A stretch of 64,000 nucleotides of DNA from a virus. Lineage: Duplodnaviria > Caudoviricetes. A program made the translations under genes and the position numbers. Of this stretch, positions 1-12,169 are shown in pieces. Location of the stretch: the IMG/VR virus record IMGVR_UViG_3300031555_001437. The stretch is one strand, 5' to 3'. The notes under the pieces are model-generated. The model saw only the letters and a list, made by a program, of their open reading frames with translations, was not told the origin of the DNA and made no database searches. Numbering within the stretch: the first letter of the stretch is position 1; each line of letters begins with the position of its first letter.

Positions 1-3000
1 TACACTGACGCATCTAAGCCAGATACAGTAACGTATACATACGCAAAACAAGGTGCGGATGGTCAGCCTGGTGTGGCAGGAACGTCTGTGACAGTTATAT
101 CTATTTTATATCAGGTTGGCAGCTCTGCTACTCAGGCACCAACGGGAACAAATTGGAGTCAAAACGTTGTTGCTGTTCCACAAGGTAAGTATTTGTGGTC
201 TAAGACGACGTTCTCTGATGGCAACGTTGCATATGGAGTATCCAGACAGGGCCAAGATGGTCTAGAGGGATCGTCAATTGTTTGGAAGGGCGAATTATCT
301 GCACGCCCAGCGTCTGGCGAAAAGAATTGGGTATATAAGGATGCTGAAGATGGCATTGTGTATATTTGTACAGGTAATGGACTTTGGGAGCCCATGGTTC
401 TAGATGGAAATGATGGTGCGGATGGTGCACCAGGAACAAATGGTTTGTCTGTTTTTATTACCTACAATGATAGTGCGACCACTCCAAATACTCCTACGGG
501 CAACGGTACGTCTAACGGATGGCACACAAACGCAACGTCGAGTGCCATTTGGATGAGCCAAAAAGTTGCTAAGGATGCAGCATCTGGTTCGTGGGGTGCG
601 CCTATTAAAATTCAAGGTAAAGACGGCAAGGACGGTGTTGGCGTCAGCTCAACCACCGTTTCTTATGGAACGTCTACGTCGGCTACAACGCAGCCGACAT
701 CATGGCAGTCTACGATGCCAAATGTAACAGATGGACATTATTTGTGGACGCGCACGATCACAGACTATACGGATTCTTCTGTTGCAGATACTGTGACTTA
801 TACTTATGTAAAACAGGGTTCAAAGGGTGAGACAGGATCTCCAGGAACATCTGTTACTGTTACGTCAATTCAGTATCAGGCTGGCGAGTCATCTACAACG
901 GCTCCGACTGGTACGTGGAGCGATACAATTGTATCCGCTGCGGAGGGTAAATATTTGTGGACAAAGACGACATTCTCTGATGGAAAGGTTGCCTACGGCG
1001 TTGCAAAACAGGGTGTGTCTGGTAAAGATGGCTCTGGTATTAAAAAGGTGAATACTCATTTGCGCAGTTACCCACTCGCGTGGTGGAAAGAACATGCAGA
1101 CCCAGAATGTACTGATGTGAATTGGACGACTGGAACTTCTTATGACAACTCGCATATTAAGCAGGGTGACACAATATATATAGTCGGCGTAGCGTCAGAC
1201 GTTCTTAGCGCTAGCGGAACTGCGGTAACAGTCACTCTTTATGGCGTTGCGCAGTCTATTACGAGCTCTAACGTTACAATCGTTCCATCTCACTTAATAA
1301 CAAGTGGCGAAAAGGGTGATGGCGGTAAAGATGGAGTTGGTGTTAAGTCTTCGACCGTTACATATGGAGTTTCTGATTCAGCGTCTGTAAAGCCAACCAG
1401 TTGGGGATCGTCGATGCCAGTGATTGGTGAAAATCAATATTTATGGACATGTACTGTAATTGACTATACTGATGCGTCTATCCCAGACACTGTAACGTAT
1501 ACATATGCGAAGCAGGGAGCTAAGGGAGAAACTGGTTCGCCAGGAACTTCCGTTAAGGTTTCTTCGATTCAATATCAGGCTGGAACTTCTGCTACGGTTG
1601 AGCCTACTGGTAATTGGAGCAATAATGTTGTTCCTGTAAATGAGGGGCAGTATCTGTGGACAAAGACTACATTCTCCGATGGCAATGTTGCATATGGCGT
1701 GGCTAAGCAAGGTACATCTGGTCAAAAGGGAGACGATGCGCCGAAGGTAACAAAGGTTACGAAGCAGTATTATTTGTCTTCGTCTAGTACTTCGTTGACT
1801 GGAGGAAGTTGGTCCACATCGCCTTCTGACTTTACTAAAGGACGATATATGTGGACGCGTGATGTCTATAGCATGTCTGACGGCTCAACAATTAACGGAG
1901 AACCTGTTATAGATAAAACGTTTACGACTATTTCTGGTTGGTGTTCTGCAAACAATATGACTTTGATTGATGGTGCTAACATCGCAACTGGAACCATAGA
2001 CGCCGAGCAGATTGCTGCCAAGGCAATTAAGGCAGATAAAGTTGATGTTGATGGAGTCATTACTGCTGCAGAGGGCGATATTAAAAAGTTGGCGTCTGAG
2101 GAAATCACTTCTACCTATGTAACTGCTCAAAACTTAAAAGTGAAGGCGGCCAACGTTGAAGATAAATTGACAGCAACTCAAATTGATGTTACTGGTTTGT
2201 TGACTGCCGCTGAAGGAGATATTAAAAATTTAGTATCAGAGACGATTGCGGTAACGGAGTTGAATGCCGACAACCTTACGTCTGGTACGATTAATGCCAG
2301 TGTTGTAGATGTAACTAATTTAAGCGCTGATAATATTACCTCGGGAGCAATTGATGCTAGTGTAATAGATGTGACTAACTTGGACGCTGACAACATTACT
2401 ACTGGAGCAATATCTTTTAATGGTGGAGACTATTATATATCCGTCACAGGAGATTCTGGTAACTATCTTGTTTTGCCAGGACTCAAAATCAGCCAAGAAA
2501 AAGCACAGTTTAGTGGATCAATTGATGTTAATAAGAATTTTATTGTTGATGAATACGGCAATGTGACGCTAAACGGTAGTATTTCATGGGGTGCTGGCTC
2601 AAGCCCGACTCAGATTGTATACGCGAGAGACGCCATTGCAGCACCCGAAAGCGGTACACAGTTGTCAGATTTTCCTGCAACTGACGCAGATGGATGGCAT
2701 ACAAGCTTCTCTCAAACGTATGATTATTTTGCTTCGTATACTTATGATGGCGGTAAAACATGGACTGACGCTGTAAATATTCAAGGTAAAGACGGGTCTA
2801 AACCTTATGTGGAAGACGGTTATTGGTATGTTGATGGCGTCTCCACTGGCGTTCAGGTAACGTATTATACGTGGGTTAAGTATGCAGATACTCCCACAAG
2901 CGGCATGTCTAATATTCCAGACGGGAAGGCGTATATTGGTTTGGCTCACAACAAGACGTCGACGGAAGCATCGGAAGATTACGACGATTATACGTGGTCT

Positions 3001-5010
3001 TTGATGAAAGGCGAAGATGGAAAAGATGGTAAGACTTACTATACATGGGTTAAATATGCCGACGATGCATCAGGTACTAATATGTCAAACGACCCGACGG
3101 GTAAAGAATATATCGGTTTGGCGCACAATAAGGAAACTCCCACAGAAAGCACGAATGCTTCTGATTACTCATGGGCGTTGTTCAAAGGCTCTGATGGTGT
3201 AGACGGAACCGATGGTAAGGACGGCGAGACTCCTTACATTAAAGAGAGTTATTGGTGGATTGGCGCTACCAACACAAACATTAAAGCCGAAGGAGTAGAT
3301 GGCGCAGACGGCCAGAATGGCGACACTCCTTACATTAAAGATGGCTATTGGTGGATTGGTGATGTCAATACTAACATTCAGGCAGAAGGTAAGGACGGCC
3401 AAGATGGTAAGGATGGAAACAACGGGTCTACCGTTAAAGTGGAGTACCTGTATTATAGCAAACAAGATTCGAGTGCTCCATCCAAACCAGTATATCCTGG
3501 GAACGCATTGACGTTGGGATGGAGTTTTGAGCCGCAGAGTGCATCGCTGTCGTCCCCATATGTGTTTGTATCTCAATGTACGGTAATCGACGATGTGTAT
3601 GGTACTTGGTCAACTCCTACGTGTTGGGCGAAGTATGGGATAGATGGTAAGAACGGCAGTGATGCAAGTGTAACAACCATCAATATGTTTAATGCTGTTA
3701 CGAACAATGGGGCAAAGCAAGGATGTTTTGAGCTTGACAATGGTGACTTGGCTATTAATGCTTCGTATATCAAGTCTGGGCAGATTGATACAAGCTTGCT
3801 AAACGTAGATGAAATTATTAGTTCTGGAAAAATTGCTGTTATGTCGGAAATTCCAACTACAACCAGTGATTTAACCAATGACAGCGGCTTTGCATATACT
3901 TCAGATATCCCAACGGATACTCAGATTACTATTATTACGGGCGAGTACATTAAAACTGCAAGTATATATGCACAAAACTTAGAGGTCGATGCGGCTCATA
4001 TCAAGGGTTCTTTAACTATAGGACAACTACCAGATACTGTTGCTGAAAAATCAGATGTGCCAACCAAAACCAGTGATCTAACAAATGATAGTGGATTCCA
4101 GAATGCGAGTGAAGTTACAACTATTACAAATGACACGATTTCTACCACAAACGTTGTTGCACAAAATTTAACAGTCAAGGCGGCGAATATTGACGGACAG
4201 CTTACGGCAGATCAGATTAATGCGGATGGTATTAGTGCAAATAATGCCAACATAAGCGGAACGTTGACTGCTGGTAATGGTAGTTTTATTGGTCCTTTTA
4301 ATATATATGAAGATGGCATGGGAGCAGTTGGCGACTATGGAATGTCTGGAACATGGATTAGTAAACAGGGAGTGACTTGTGACAAACTAACTGCTGAGTC
4401 TGCTGAGATTAATGGAGGTAGTATTACGGCAAGTAGCGGTAGTTTAAGCGGCATGACTAGCATATCTACGGATTGGGTAGCTATTGATAGCAATAGTGTC
4501 AGCATTAGACACCCCGACGATCCATATCATTTTTGGTATCTTAGTATGTCGGCAGGAGATTCGTCTGCGTCTATTGGTGGTACTGGAGGGTCAATAAGCT
4601 TTGGGTCTGTAGTAACTCTTAATGGCACATGGGCAGCTTCGTCGTGTCTTGGGACATCTTCTGATGAAAGGGTTAAAAATAGCATACAGTCAATATCAAC
4701 CGACGAACGCTACGATGTAATGTTTGATGCTCTTGCTCCATCTGTCTACAAGTATAATGATGGAACTAGCGGAAGAACACACACTGGCTATATTGCTCAG
4801 GATGTTCTTGCTGCTGTGGAATCGGCGGGGCTAACAAGTACGGATTTTGCTGGTTATATAAAAGCTCAAACAATAAATCCAGAAACTGGTGAAGAAACAG
4901 AAACTTGCTATTTACGTTATGAGGAGTTCATTGCGTTGAACACCGCCCAAATTCAAAAGCTCAAGGCTCGTGTTGCCGAGTTGGAAGCAAAATTATTAGG
5001 AGACGCATAA
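1..5010 (+). CDS. Tail fibre / receptor-binding protein with collagen-like and tandem beta-repeat modules and C-terminal intramolecular chaperone (peptidase S74-like); 5'-truncated by window edge
   Basis: Frame is open from nt 1 (YTDASKPDTVTYTYAKQG...). It has repeated G-x-D-G-x-D-G linkers and YLWTKTTFSDG repeats, and ends in SSDERVKNSI...HTGYIAQDV...LRYEEFIAL...IQKLKARVAELE, the typical S74 chaperone plus coiled coil. Confidence 0.85.
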   Translation, partial: YTDASKPDTVTYTYAKQGADGQPGVAGTSVTVISILYQVGSSATQAPTGTNWSQNVVAVPQGKYLWSKTTFSDGNVAYGVSRQGQDGLEGSSIVWKGELSARPASGEKNWVYKDAEDGIVYICTGNGLWEPMVLDGNDGADGAPGTNGLSVFITYNDSATTPNTPTGNGTSNGWHTNATSSAIWMSQKVAKDAASGSWGAPIKIQGKDGKDGVGVSSTTVSYGTSTSATTQPTSWQSTMPNVTDGHYLWTRTITDYTDSSVADTVTYTYVKQGSKGETGSPGTSVTVTSIQYQAGESSTTAPTGTWSDTIVSAAEGKYLWTKTTFSDGKVAYGVAKQGVSGKDGSGIKKVNTHLRSYPLAWWKEHADPECTDVNWTTGTSYDNSHIKQGDTIYIVGVASDVLSASGTAVTVTLYGVAQSITSSNVTIVPSHLITSGEKGDGGKDGVGVKSSTVTYGVSDSASVKPTSWGSSMPVIGENQYLWTCTVIDYTDASIPDTVTYTYAKQGAKGETGSPGTSVKVSSIQYQAGTSATVEPTGNWSNNVVPVNEGQYLWTKTTFSDGNVAYGVAKQGTSGQKGDDAPKVTKVTKQYYLSSSSTSLTGGSWSTSPSDFTKGRYMWTRDVYSMSDGSTINGEPVIDKTFTTISGWCSANNMTLIDGANIATGTIDAEQIAAKAIKADKVDVDGVITAAEGDIKKLASEEITSTYVTAQNLKVKAANVEDKLTATQIDVTGLLTAAEGDIKNLVSETIAVTELNADNLTSGTINASVVDVTNLSADNITSGAIDASVIDVTNLDADNITTGAISFNGGDYYISVTGDSGNYLVLPGLKISQEKAQFSGSIDVNKNFIVDEYGNVTLNGSISWGAGSSPTQIVYARDAIAAPESGTQLSDFPATDADGWHTSFSQTYDYFASYTYDGGKTWTDAVNIQGKDGSKPYVEDGYWYVDGVSTGVQVTYYTWVKYADTPTSGMSNIPDGKAYIGLAHNKTSTEASEDYDDYTWSLMKGEDGKDGKTYYTWVKYADDASGTNMSNDPTGKEYIGLAHNKETPTESTNASDYSWALFKGSDGVDGTDGKDGETPYIKESYWWIGATNTNIKAEGVDGADGQNGDTPYIKDGYWWIGDVNTNIQAEGKDGQDGKDGNNGSTVKVEYLYYSKQDSSAPSKPVYPGNALTLGWSFEPQSASLSSPYVFVSQCTVIDDVYGTWSTPTCWAKYGIDGKNGSDASVTTINMFNAVTNNGAKQGCFELDNGDLAINASYIKSGQIDTSLLNVDEIISSGKIAVMSEIPTTTSDLTNDSGFAYTSDIPTDTQITIITGEYIKTASIYAQNLEVDAAHIKGSLTIGQLPDTVAEKSDVPTKTSDLTNDSGFQNASEVTTITNDTISTTNVVAQNLTVKAANIDGQLTADQINADGISANNANISGTLTAGNGSFIGPFNIYEDGMGAVGDYGMSGTWISKQGVTCDKLTAESAEINGGSITASSGSLSGMTSISTDWVAIDSNSVSIRHPDDPYHFWYLSMSAGDSSASIGGTGGSISFGSVVTLNGTWAASSCLGTSSDERVKNSIQSISTDERYDVMFDALAPSVYKYNDGTSGRTHTGYIAQDVLAAVESAGLTSTDFAGYIKAQTINPETGEETETCYLRYEEFIALNTAQIQKLKARVAELEAKLLGDA

Positions 5011-5012
5011 AT

Positions 5013-5219
5013 ATGGAAAACAAACAAGAAAAGCGTCGCAGCTTCATCCTTGACGTTGAAGACGCAAAAAACGAATTAATCAAAGCTTTTAATGATATTA
5101 TTAAAAAGTACAATATGCCGTGCTATTTCTTGGAACCGACTTTGCAAAAGCTTACTTCGGAGGCTCATAACATTGCGCTCCAAGAATTAGCTGCGGCTCG
5201 ACAGGGTGATAATTCATGA
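5013..5219 (+). CDS. Hypothetical phage protein (68 aa)
   Basis: AGGAG RBS upstream; stop overlaps the next ATG (ATGA). Confidence 0.7.
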   Translation: MENKQEKRRSFILDVEDAKNELIKAFNDIIKKYNMPCYFLEPTLQKLTSEAHNIALQELAAARQGDNS

Positions 5220-5710
5220 GAATAATCGGTATAGATGCAAGTACAAACAAGACTGGTATTGCTGTGTTAGATGACGGCAAGTATGTTACCAGTACGCTGA
5301 TTGACTTGCACAAAATGACAGATGCCAAAGTACGAATACCAAAGATGATGATGGAGATATGCGCGTATTTAGACGAGCACAAGGCAGATAAGATTGTCAT
5401 GGAGGAGTCTTGGTATGTCTCCAACATCTCTACGGTTAAGATGCTGGCGGAATTAGCAGGGGCGGTACGTTATTATGCCGCCTCTCACGGCATTGAGATT
5501 GAGTTTATGCTGCCCACGGCGTGGAGACGACGTGTGGGGCTTGTTCAGTCTGCAAAAGTAAAAAGAGAGAAATTAAAAGAAGAGGCTCTTGAAGCCGTTA
5601 AATATGAGTTCGGGTTAGATATTCCAGAAGACGAAGCTGAAGCTACGTTGATCGCAAAGGCTGGATTTAGTGTTGTTGTTGAAGAAGACGTCAACGAGTG
5701 GGTTATTTAA
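5216..5710 (+). CDS. ruvC: RuvC-like Holliday junction resolvase
   Basis: RNase H-fold motifs IIGIDASTNKTG, IVMEE, PTAWR, EDEAEA. Confidence 0.85.
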   Translation: MRIIGIDASTNKTGIAVLDDGKYVTSTLIDLHKMTDAKVRIPKMMMEICAYLDEHKADKIVMEESWYVSNISTVKMLAELAGAVRYYAASHGIEIEFMLPTAWRRRVGLVQSAKVKREKLKEEALEAVKYEFGLDIPEDEAEATLIAKAGFSVVVEEDVNEWVI

Positions 5711-5754
5711 CACGACAAAATGATTTATACATGGAGTACAAGGAGAAAAATATT

Positions 5755-6318
5755 ATGAATATTCAAGATTTTGTTCAGGATTTTAAAAACAAGGGCATCA
5801 AGAATACTCAACTGAAGCCCAACGCAATCGGAGAATATCTCCAGGAGCACTTGGAAATTAAGACCTATATTCCGTTTGATATGAAGCGTAGACTTGCGGA
5901 AATGGTCGTTGATGTAAATACGGAAGAGGTAGATGGTGTGTGGAAGCACGACTCTATTAATGCGTATTTATCTTTTATTGTCGCAATGGTGCAGAGCCAC
6001 ACGAACTTGGAGTTTTCTGGCGACCCCGTTGCGGACTATGATATCCTTGCGGAAAACGAGTTGCTGGCTCCTATTATTGAGCTGTTCCGCACAGATTATA
6101 ATGAGTGTGACGTTGTGCTAAAGATGGCGCTCGCAGCTAAGCTAGATGAGAACAATATCAGTGCTATTATCGGCAGATTTTTGAACGGCGTGCTTGTTAA
6201 GCTTGACGGCGTCGGAGAAGTGTTGAAGTCTGCTGTTGGCGATTTTAACATTCAGGATATTATGGGAAAATTTAACGAGGAAGATTTGACCAAGCTAGTT
6301 GGTCTTTTGAATAAGTAA
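5755..6318 (+). CDS. Hypothetical protein (tail region, possible tail assembly chaperone)
   Basis: AAGGAG RBS supports ATG at 5755; position upstream of the tape measure gene. Confidence 0.6.
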   Translation: MNIQDFVQDFKNKGIKNTQLKPNAIGEYLQEHLEIKTYIPFDMKRRLAEMVVDVNTEEVDGVWKHDSINAYLSFIVAMVQSHTNLEFSGDPVADYDILAENELLAPIIELFRTDYNECDVVLKMALAAKLDENNISAIIGRFLNGVLVKLDGVGEVLKSAVGDFNIQDIMGKFNEEDLTKLVGLLNK

Positions 6319-6340
6319 AATTTGAAGGAGTTGATGGTAT

Positions 6341-6898
6341 ATGGCTAGGACCAAAACCATAGAAGAAATACTGCAAGAACTGAAAGATGATTATAAATCT
6401 GTATTACTTAAGGCGGTTAATAAAGCCACAGATGTTGCGTGTGAGGATGTGTATAAGGTTTCTATGTCGTTATTAGATCGTTATTATGCTAACTATATGC
6501 CATCAAGTTATAACCGCACGGATAGTTTATATAAGGCTGCTGTTCCAATTGCCGAAGTTAAAGATCACGGCGACGAGATTATTAGTACGTTTGGTATTGG
6601 GTATGATGCGTCTTTGCTGTCTGGGGCATATGATGGTATGGAACCGTGGGAATCAAAAATGGTCAACGTTCGAGGAGAGATGGTGCAATTTGACACGTTC
6701 GAAGATTGGGTTATCGGAAACTATTTGTATGGCATACATCCAGCAACGAACGGAAGCAGCGACCCAGACACGGTTGTGTATACTCCGTGGTATGACAAAA
6801 TGGCTCCAGACCACTTTTTGAAAAAATACTTACAGTGGTATCAGAAAAGATTTAGCAATAATGTTAATAATTACATTATTAAGCATATTACAAAATAA
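6341..6898 (+). CDS. Hypothetical phage protein (YxPxxYxRT motif)
   Basis: AAGGAG RBS; YYANYMPSSYNRTDSL motif seen in proteins preceding tape measure genes of large Firmicutes siphophages. Confidence 0.6.
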   Translation: MARTKTIEEILQELKDDYKSVLLKAVNKATDVACEDVYKVSMSLLDRYYANYMPSSYNRTDSLYKAAVPIAEVKDHGDEIISTFGIGYDASLLSGAYDGMEPWESKMVNVRGEMVQFDTFEDWVIGNYLYGIHPATNGSSDPDTVVYTPWYDKMAPDHFLKKYLQWYQKRFSNNVNNYIIKHITK

Positions 6899-6919
6899 CG
6901 ACAGAGAGGAGGAATTTAT

Positions 6920-9900
6920 ATGGCTCTAGGTTCAGATGTTCAATATAAAGCCAGCGTATTGTTTCAGGCTGCGTATGACAAAGAGTCTGCGAAAAATTTT
7001 GAAAATCGTCTCGTAGATCTTTCAAAAAACGCTGCGGAGATGTCAAAAAAAGAATTTGCCAAAGCTTTTAAGGGGCTAGGCAATATAATTAACGAGGCTC
7101 TCCGTACTTTGAAAATGCCAGAGATCGATGTGTCTAATATCTTAAAAACAAATACAAACATTGAGGCATTTAGCAAATTGGGCGAGGAGTTTGGTGAGAG
7201 TTTTAACGCGGGCATTGAGCTTGCTTTAACGAATAACGGAAACATTAACAAACTTTTAGAAATAAAAAGAAGAGAGCTTGAGAAAAGTTCTTTGTATAAA
7301 GCAACACAACGCGCACATGCCATCAAACATCTCACAAAAGATGGAGAAGCATACAATATTAGATCTGGAAATATCCGTGGTAGAGACTTTTCAAATACAG
7401 AAACTGAGAACATTGCTGCGGAGATGGATGATATTTATAAAAATATCGAAAATCTTGCGGTTGCTTTAAAGTCGATAAATAGTAAAACACATCCAGATGA
7501 GTTCAGAGCAAAATTTAATAGTTTGCAAGACGAGATTACGAAGTACATAGAAGGCGTTGTTGGATTACAAGATATCCCCTCTTTGTCTACAAATCCTAAA
7601 TACACAGTTAAATCACTTAGACAGCTGACAGCTAAATATGGTTTTGATGAAGAATATTGGGAAACAGTATTTAAAAGTTATCAAAAAAATCTCAAAGAGA
7701 AACAAGGGACAGAAGCATACACTAGAATGCTTGAACTCGAAGATGCTATCAGTAAACTAGAAGCACAAGCTAAATACGCATCAAAGTCTATTCGAGATAT
7801 TACTCAGGCAGTAGGGGAAATGTCTTCTTTGAGTCGACCAGAGCAAAAGAAAAAAGTTAAGGGTGTTGAGCAAGTAATTTCTGATGTTGAAAGCGGAAAA
7901 GCTGGACAGGTTGGAAGGGCGTTTAATCAATATAAGGATGCTAAGGATGCGGGCTCTGACTGGGTTACGATGTATTCAAAAGCCCTGAAGTTCTTGACTG
8001 CGTTCAACGCAATGAACCCAGAAAAACAGTTAACTGCAGAAAGAGACTGGCGTATACTGGCGGAACGTCTTAACCCGATGTTTGACCAGATAAAGAGTTC
8101 ACTGGAGTTATTTGTTCAGACTGCAAATGCGCGTCTATATCCTCCTTCTGGAGGTGGAGATGGCACTGGCGGAGGCACAGGTGGCGGTTCTGGCTCTGGT
8201 ATAGGTGCTGGAGGAAGCGGCTCTGGAGGCGTTGGTGCTGGTACACAGCCAGAGCAATCTAATAACGCTCCTAAAATAGAAGAAGAGAACAATGCTCTTA
8301 AAGAAAAACTAAATCTTCTCAAACAAATTGCTGCTGCATATGAATATCAGGCGGATGCCGAATTGGACGACAATGACCAAGAGTGGGATAACGCTAGAGA
8401 GTCAGTAGAGGAGTTTGAAAATGCATATTATTCGGCTATTGTCACTATGCAAGATGGCTCTAAGGTTGAGTTGTTGCTGGACGATGAATTTGCTGAAACG
8501 GCTCAGAATATTTTGGCTGATGCAAAAAATATTCAAAATATAGACCTTGTACCGAAGAGCGCCGAAGCTGCGATTCAAGCATATAATCATGTTGAGCAAG
8601 TACAAGCAAATATTCGTTCTTCTTTGAGTAGGTCGTGGAGTCAGCCAATTAATGGCAAAACAGAAGATGCTCTATTGTATTTAGGTCGGACGAGAACGAT
8701 GTTGGAAACTGCTATTTCCAACATGAACCAGGGTGATCCAGACGGTTCATGGGATTTCTCTGGCGCACAACAAACCGCAACCCAGTTGCTGTCTACAATT
8801 GAAGACATGCAGCAAAAGTTTGCGATGATGTTGCAAACAGAGCATAAGTTAAAAGAAATGAATATCACCCCTGACGCAGAACATTATTATGATGTTGTTG
8901 AAGGAATTAAAAATAACACGCTTACTACTGTCGACCAGTGCATTGCGAAGTATAAAGAGCTAGCTGGAATTGTTGATGTTGTAGACGATAAGACGGATAC
9001 AACTCCCGAAACTGGCAGAGGCGCAGGAGATGAAAGTGGCTCTGGTGGTTTTGGTTCTGGTTCTGGCGATGGAGGTGGCGGTGGTCCAAATGATGGGGAG
9101 CTCAAAAACCTCGAGGCTATTGAATCTGTGGTTGGACGTATTAAAACGGCGGTAGGTGAAAAATCGAAAGCGTTCTTAGAAGAGCAGGTCATTGTAAAGA
9201 GAGTCGCACAGTCTGAAGTCCATTCTTTGGGTGAAGTAGAGAAAAAAGTTAATGCCGTAAGAGTAGCGCTAGAGCGTATTTGTGGTGGTAAGATTAGCTC
9301 TGGCATGATGACCATCAACATCAAGACTAGCGGAAATGGCAGTGGCAAGAAGCCTGGAACTGCTAAGAGCGGTATGGATGATGAGATTTTTGACGCTAAA
9401 ATCGCAACACAATTCTCAAAGTTATTTTTAATGACAGAGCAACTCAGAGCGTCTGGTAAACTAACCGACACGGTTAGAGACAAACTAGATTTACTCTGGG
9501 ATGATTTAAATAATGTGAGCGACGCTAAGTCTCTTACACTATGGAGAGAAGAGTTTGCTCAGATTAATAATGAGATTAAAGAAATTGCTCTTGCAAATAA
9601 ATCTGTTGAAGATGTTGACGTAGACCCGTTTAGTGCTGCACTTGAAAATGCAAAATTATATAACAAGTTTGTGCTGAAAATGCACGGAACTAATGACGCC
9701 GAACTCAAGAATAAATACGAAACGATGGCAAACGATCTTCTAGTTGAGCAGTCTCAGTTGTTAAATGGGATTGTACTAACCAAAGAGCAAGAGAAGCAGC
9801 TAGATGATTTGAAAAATCAAAGAGAGCTTGATATTCTTGAATTACAAAAGAAGCAGGAACTGCAGGCCAAAAAGGCTGCAGATGCAAAAGCCAAAAACGA

Positions 9901-11176
9901 GATAATAGAGGCAAATAAAAAACTGGGTCAGTTGCAAGCGCAGCAAGAACAAGCTCCAAAAGAAATTCAAGGTTCTTTTGACTACTTAATTAACCAACAG
10001 AAACAAATCATAGAAGACAAGTCTAAGTTGTTGAGTATAGATAAAGAATTGTACGATGCAGATCGTGTTAAAGCGTACAATGAAGCAATCGGAAGACTTA
10101 AGATTGAAGAGGCTAAAGCTAATCACAGAGAGGATATTAGTGAGTCCAATCGTACGTTTAGACGCCAAGTAGCAAACTCTAGAACGAATGCGCAGTTATC
10201 AAGATCTCGCTCTACGGTTTTTGCAGGGCAGGAGATTATCAGTAATCTTGATAAGATAAAAAATGCCGTTGGTGTCACAGAAGCCAGCAAGGCAAAAATA
10301 AATGAATTGCGCGGCGCTTTGGATGACCTAAAGCAAACATATAACACTCTTAATAATCAGGCTGAACCAATTTCTAAAGAAGACGCCGATAAAGTTATTA
10401 GTCAAACAAACAATGTTCGTCTGCTAAATGCAGAAATGAAAAAGCTGTTAGAGCAACATCAGAAATTGAGCGGAGACAATGTTGATGTTATTGGGGTATA
10501 TAGCCCCAAAATGACCAGAAAAGATATAGAAGATCAAACCCTAGAATGGTACAAAAAAATGCACCAGCAAAACCCAGACGAATATAAGGGTATTAATATC
10601 AAAGGGTTTGACGATAACGGGAATTTAATTGCATCGCTAAAATCTGGTGCAAAAGAGTTTACTAATATTTCTGTAGCTGTCGACAAACTGTCTGGTAACA
10701 TAGCTGTTGTTCGTGGCCAGGTCAAAAAGACTCTTGGCCCTGTTGATTTGATTATCGATAAAACAAAACAGTTAGGATATTATTTAACTGGTTCATTTTT
10801 GATTAATTTTGCTAGGCAGCAGGTTCAAAAGGGAATTCAGTATGTAAGAGAAATTGATAGTGCTTTAACTGACTTAAAAAAAGTAACAGATGAAACAGAA
10901 GAAACATATGAAAAATTTTTGGATACAGCGAGTAAAACTGCAGACAAGGTAGGAAGTACGATAAAGGAAATTGTAAGTTCTACTGCAGATTGGAGCCGTC
11001 TTGGTTATTCTCTCGAAGATGCGGCAAAGCTTGCAGAAACAACTTCTGTTCTGTTGAATGTATCTGAATTTTCAAGTATAGACGAAGCAACGAGTGCACT
11101 GACCAGTACGTTGCAGGCGTTTGGATATACGGCAGATAACGCTATGGGCGTTGTAGATGTCATGAACGAAGTGGGT
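6920..11176 (+). CDS. Tail tape measure protein, exon 1 (1419 codons)
   Basis: GAGGAGG RBS; long coiled coil; TP901-type TMP core (IDSALTDLKKVTDET...STADWSRLGYSL...VVDVMNEVG) breaks off at the intron 5' splice site. Confidence 0.9.
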
Positions 11177-12169
11177 AAATATATTGCCCGTAGATAACTA
11201 TATCGGTTAAAGGCTGGGGACAGCTTAGACCGAGGTAAGATGAATTAAAACATTAAACATTATTAAATAAAGGAGTGGAATGAGATATGTTAGAAAGCAT
11301 AACTTTGTCACGAGAACAACAGCAAATTATTTTGGGTGGACTATTAGGGGACGCGTATTTTAATCAAAAAAGAAAAATTATTAGGTTTTCTCATAGCATC
11401 AAACAAGAAGAGTATTTGAATTGGAAGTACTCTTTTTTTAATGCAGACGATATTAACGGGATATATACTAGACAATATAAAGAAGGGCATATTAACAAGT
11501 ATTTCGAATTAACAAACAAGAATAAGTGCGTAGATATATTTTATGATTATTTTAAAAAATATTTATACAGTAACGATGGTCGTAAAAAAATTTCTTTGAA
11601 ATACTTAAAAAATATCGATGCATTTGGATTGGCCATTTGGTGGATGGATGATGGTAGCCTGTCTATCCACAAAGGTAATAGATATGGGAAATTATGTACT
11701 GAATGTTTTAATTACGAAGAACAAATATTGTTACAAAAATATTTTAAAGATATTTGGAATATTAATGTGGACATAAAGTCTGAAAAAAACAAATATTACT
11801 TCTTGCGTTTTAACGTCGGCGCATTACGAAAATTAATTCCTATTATTTATCAATATGTTTGTATGGTTCCAAGTATGATTTATAAAATAGATTTGGACTA
11901 TACGAATCAAAAATGTATTGGAGATTTGAAGGAAATTTATGATTACATCAAAATCCATCAATCAAATAATGTTTTAATTACATCAACTTTAACGACTGCA
12001 GGGTGTGCATAGTAATATGCATGCTGAAGTTATCCTTATGAAAGTAAGTAATATACAGTCTGATCTCACACTATAATCTAACAATGAAATGTGAGAGGTA
12101 GGATGAAAGTCCTATCCGCCACTTCAAGTGGTCAGTAGTTATTGTGAAATAACGAAAGTAACAGATTCG
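11177..12169 (+). mobile_element. Group I self-splicing intron (993 nt) in the tape measure gene
   Basis: P1 GGGU/GCCC with U.G at the 5' splice site; P4 (UCGGU.../...GACCGA); P7 GACUG 11994-11998 / CAGUC 12056-12060 preceded by S-like AAUAUA; several P9 hairpins; terminal G at 12169. Removal restores in-frame EVG|NNFAVSS. Confidence 0.92.
11287..12012 (+). CDS. Intron-encoded LAGLIDADG homing endonuclease (double motif)
   Basis: Motifs IILGGLLGDAY and GLAIWWMDDG; AAGGAG RBS; AT-rich; 3' end overlaps intron P7. Confidence 0.9.
   Translation: MLESITLSREQQQIILGGLLGDAYFNQKRKIIRFSHSIKQEEYLNWKYSFFNADDINGIYTRQYKEGHINKYFELTNKNKCVDIFYDYFKKYLYSNDGRKKISLKYLKNIDAFGLAIWWMDDGSLSIHKGNRYGKLCTECFNYEEQILLQKYFKDIWNINVDIKSEKNKYYFLRFNVGALRKLIPIIYQYVCMVPSMIYKIDLDYTNQKCIGDLKEIYDYIKIHQSNNVLITSTLTTAGCA

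Noticed and set aside
5755-6898. Programmed -1 frameshift in tail assembly chaperones
   Set aside because: No convincing slippery site, and the second ORF has its own RBS.
12128-12169. GTG start of an independent 2818-aa gene
   Set aside because: It lies in intron P9 hairpins, and TMP homology resumes exactly at 12170 after omega-G.
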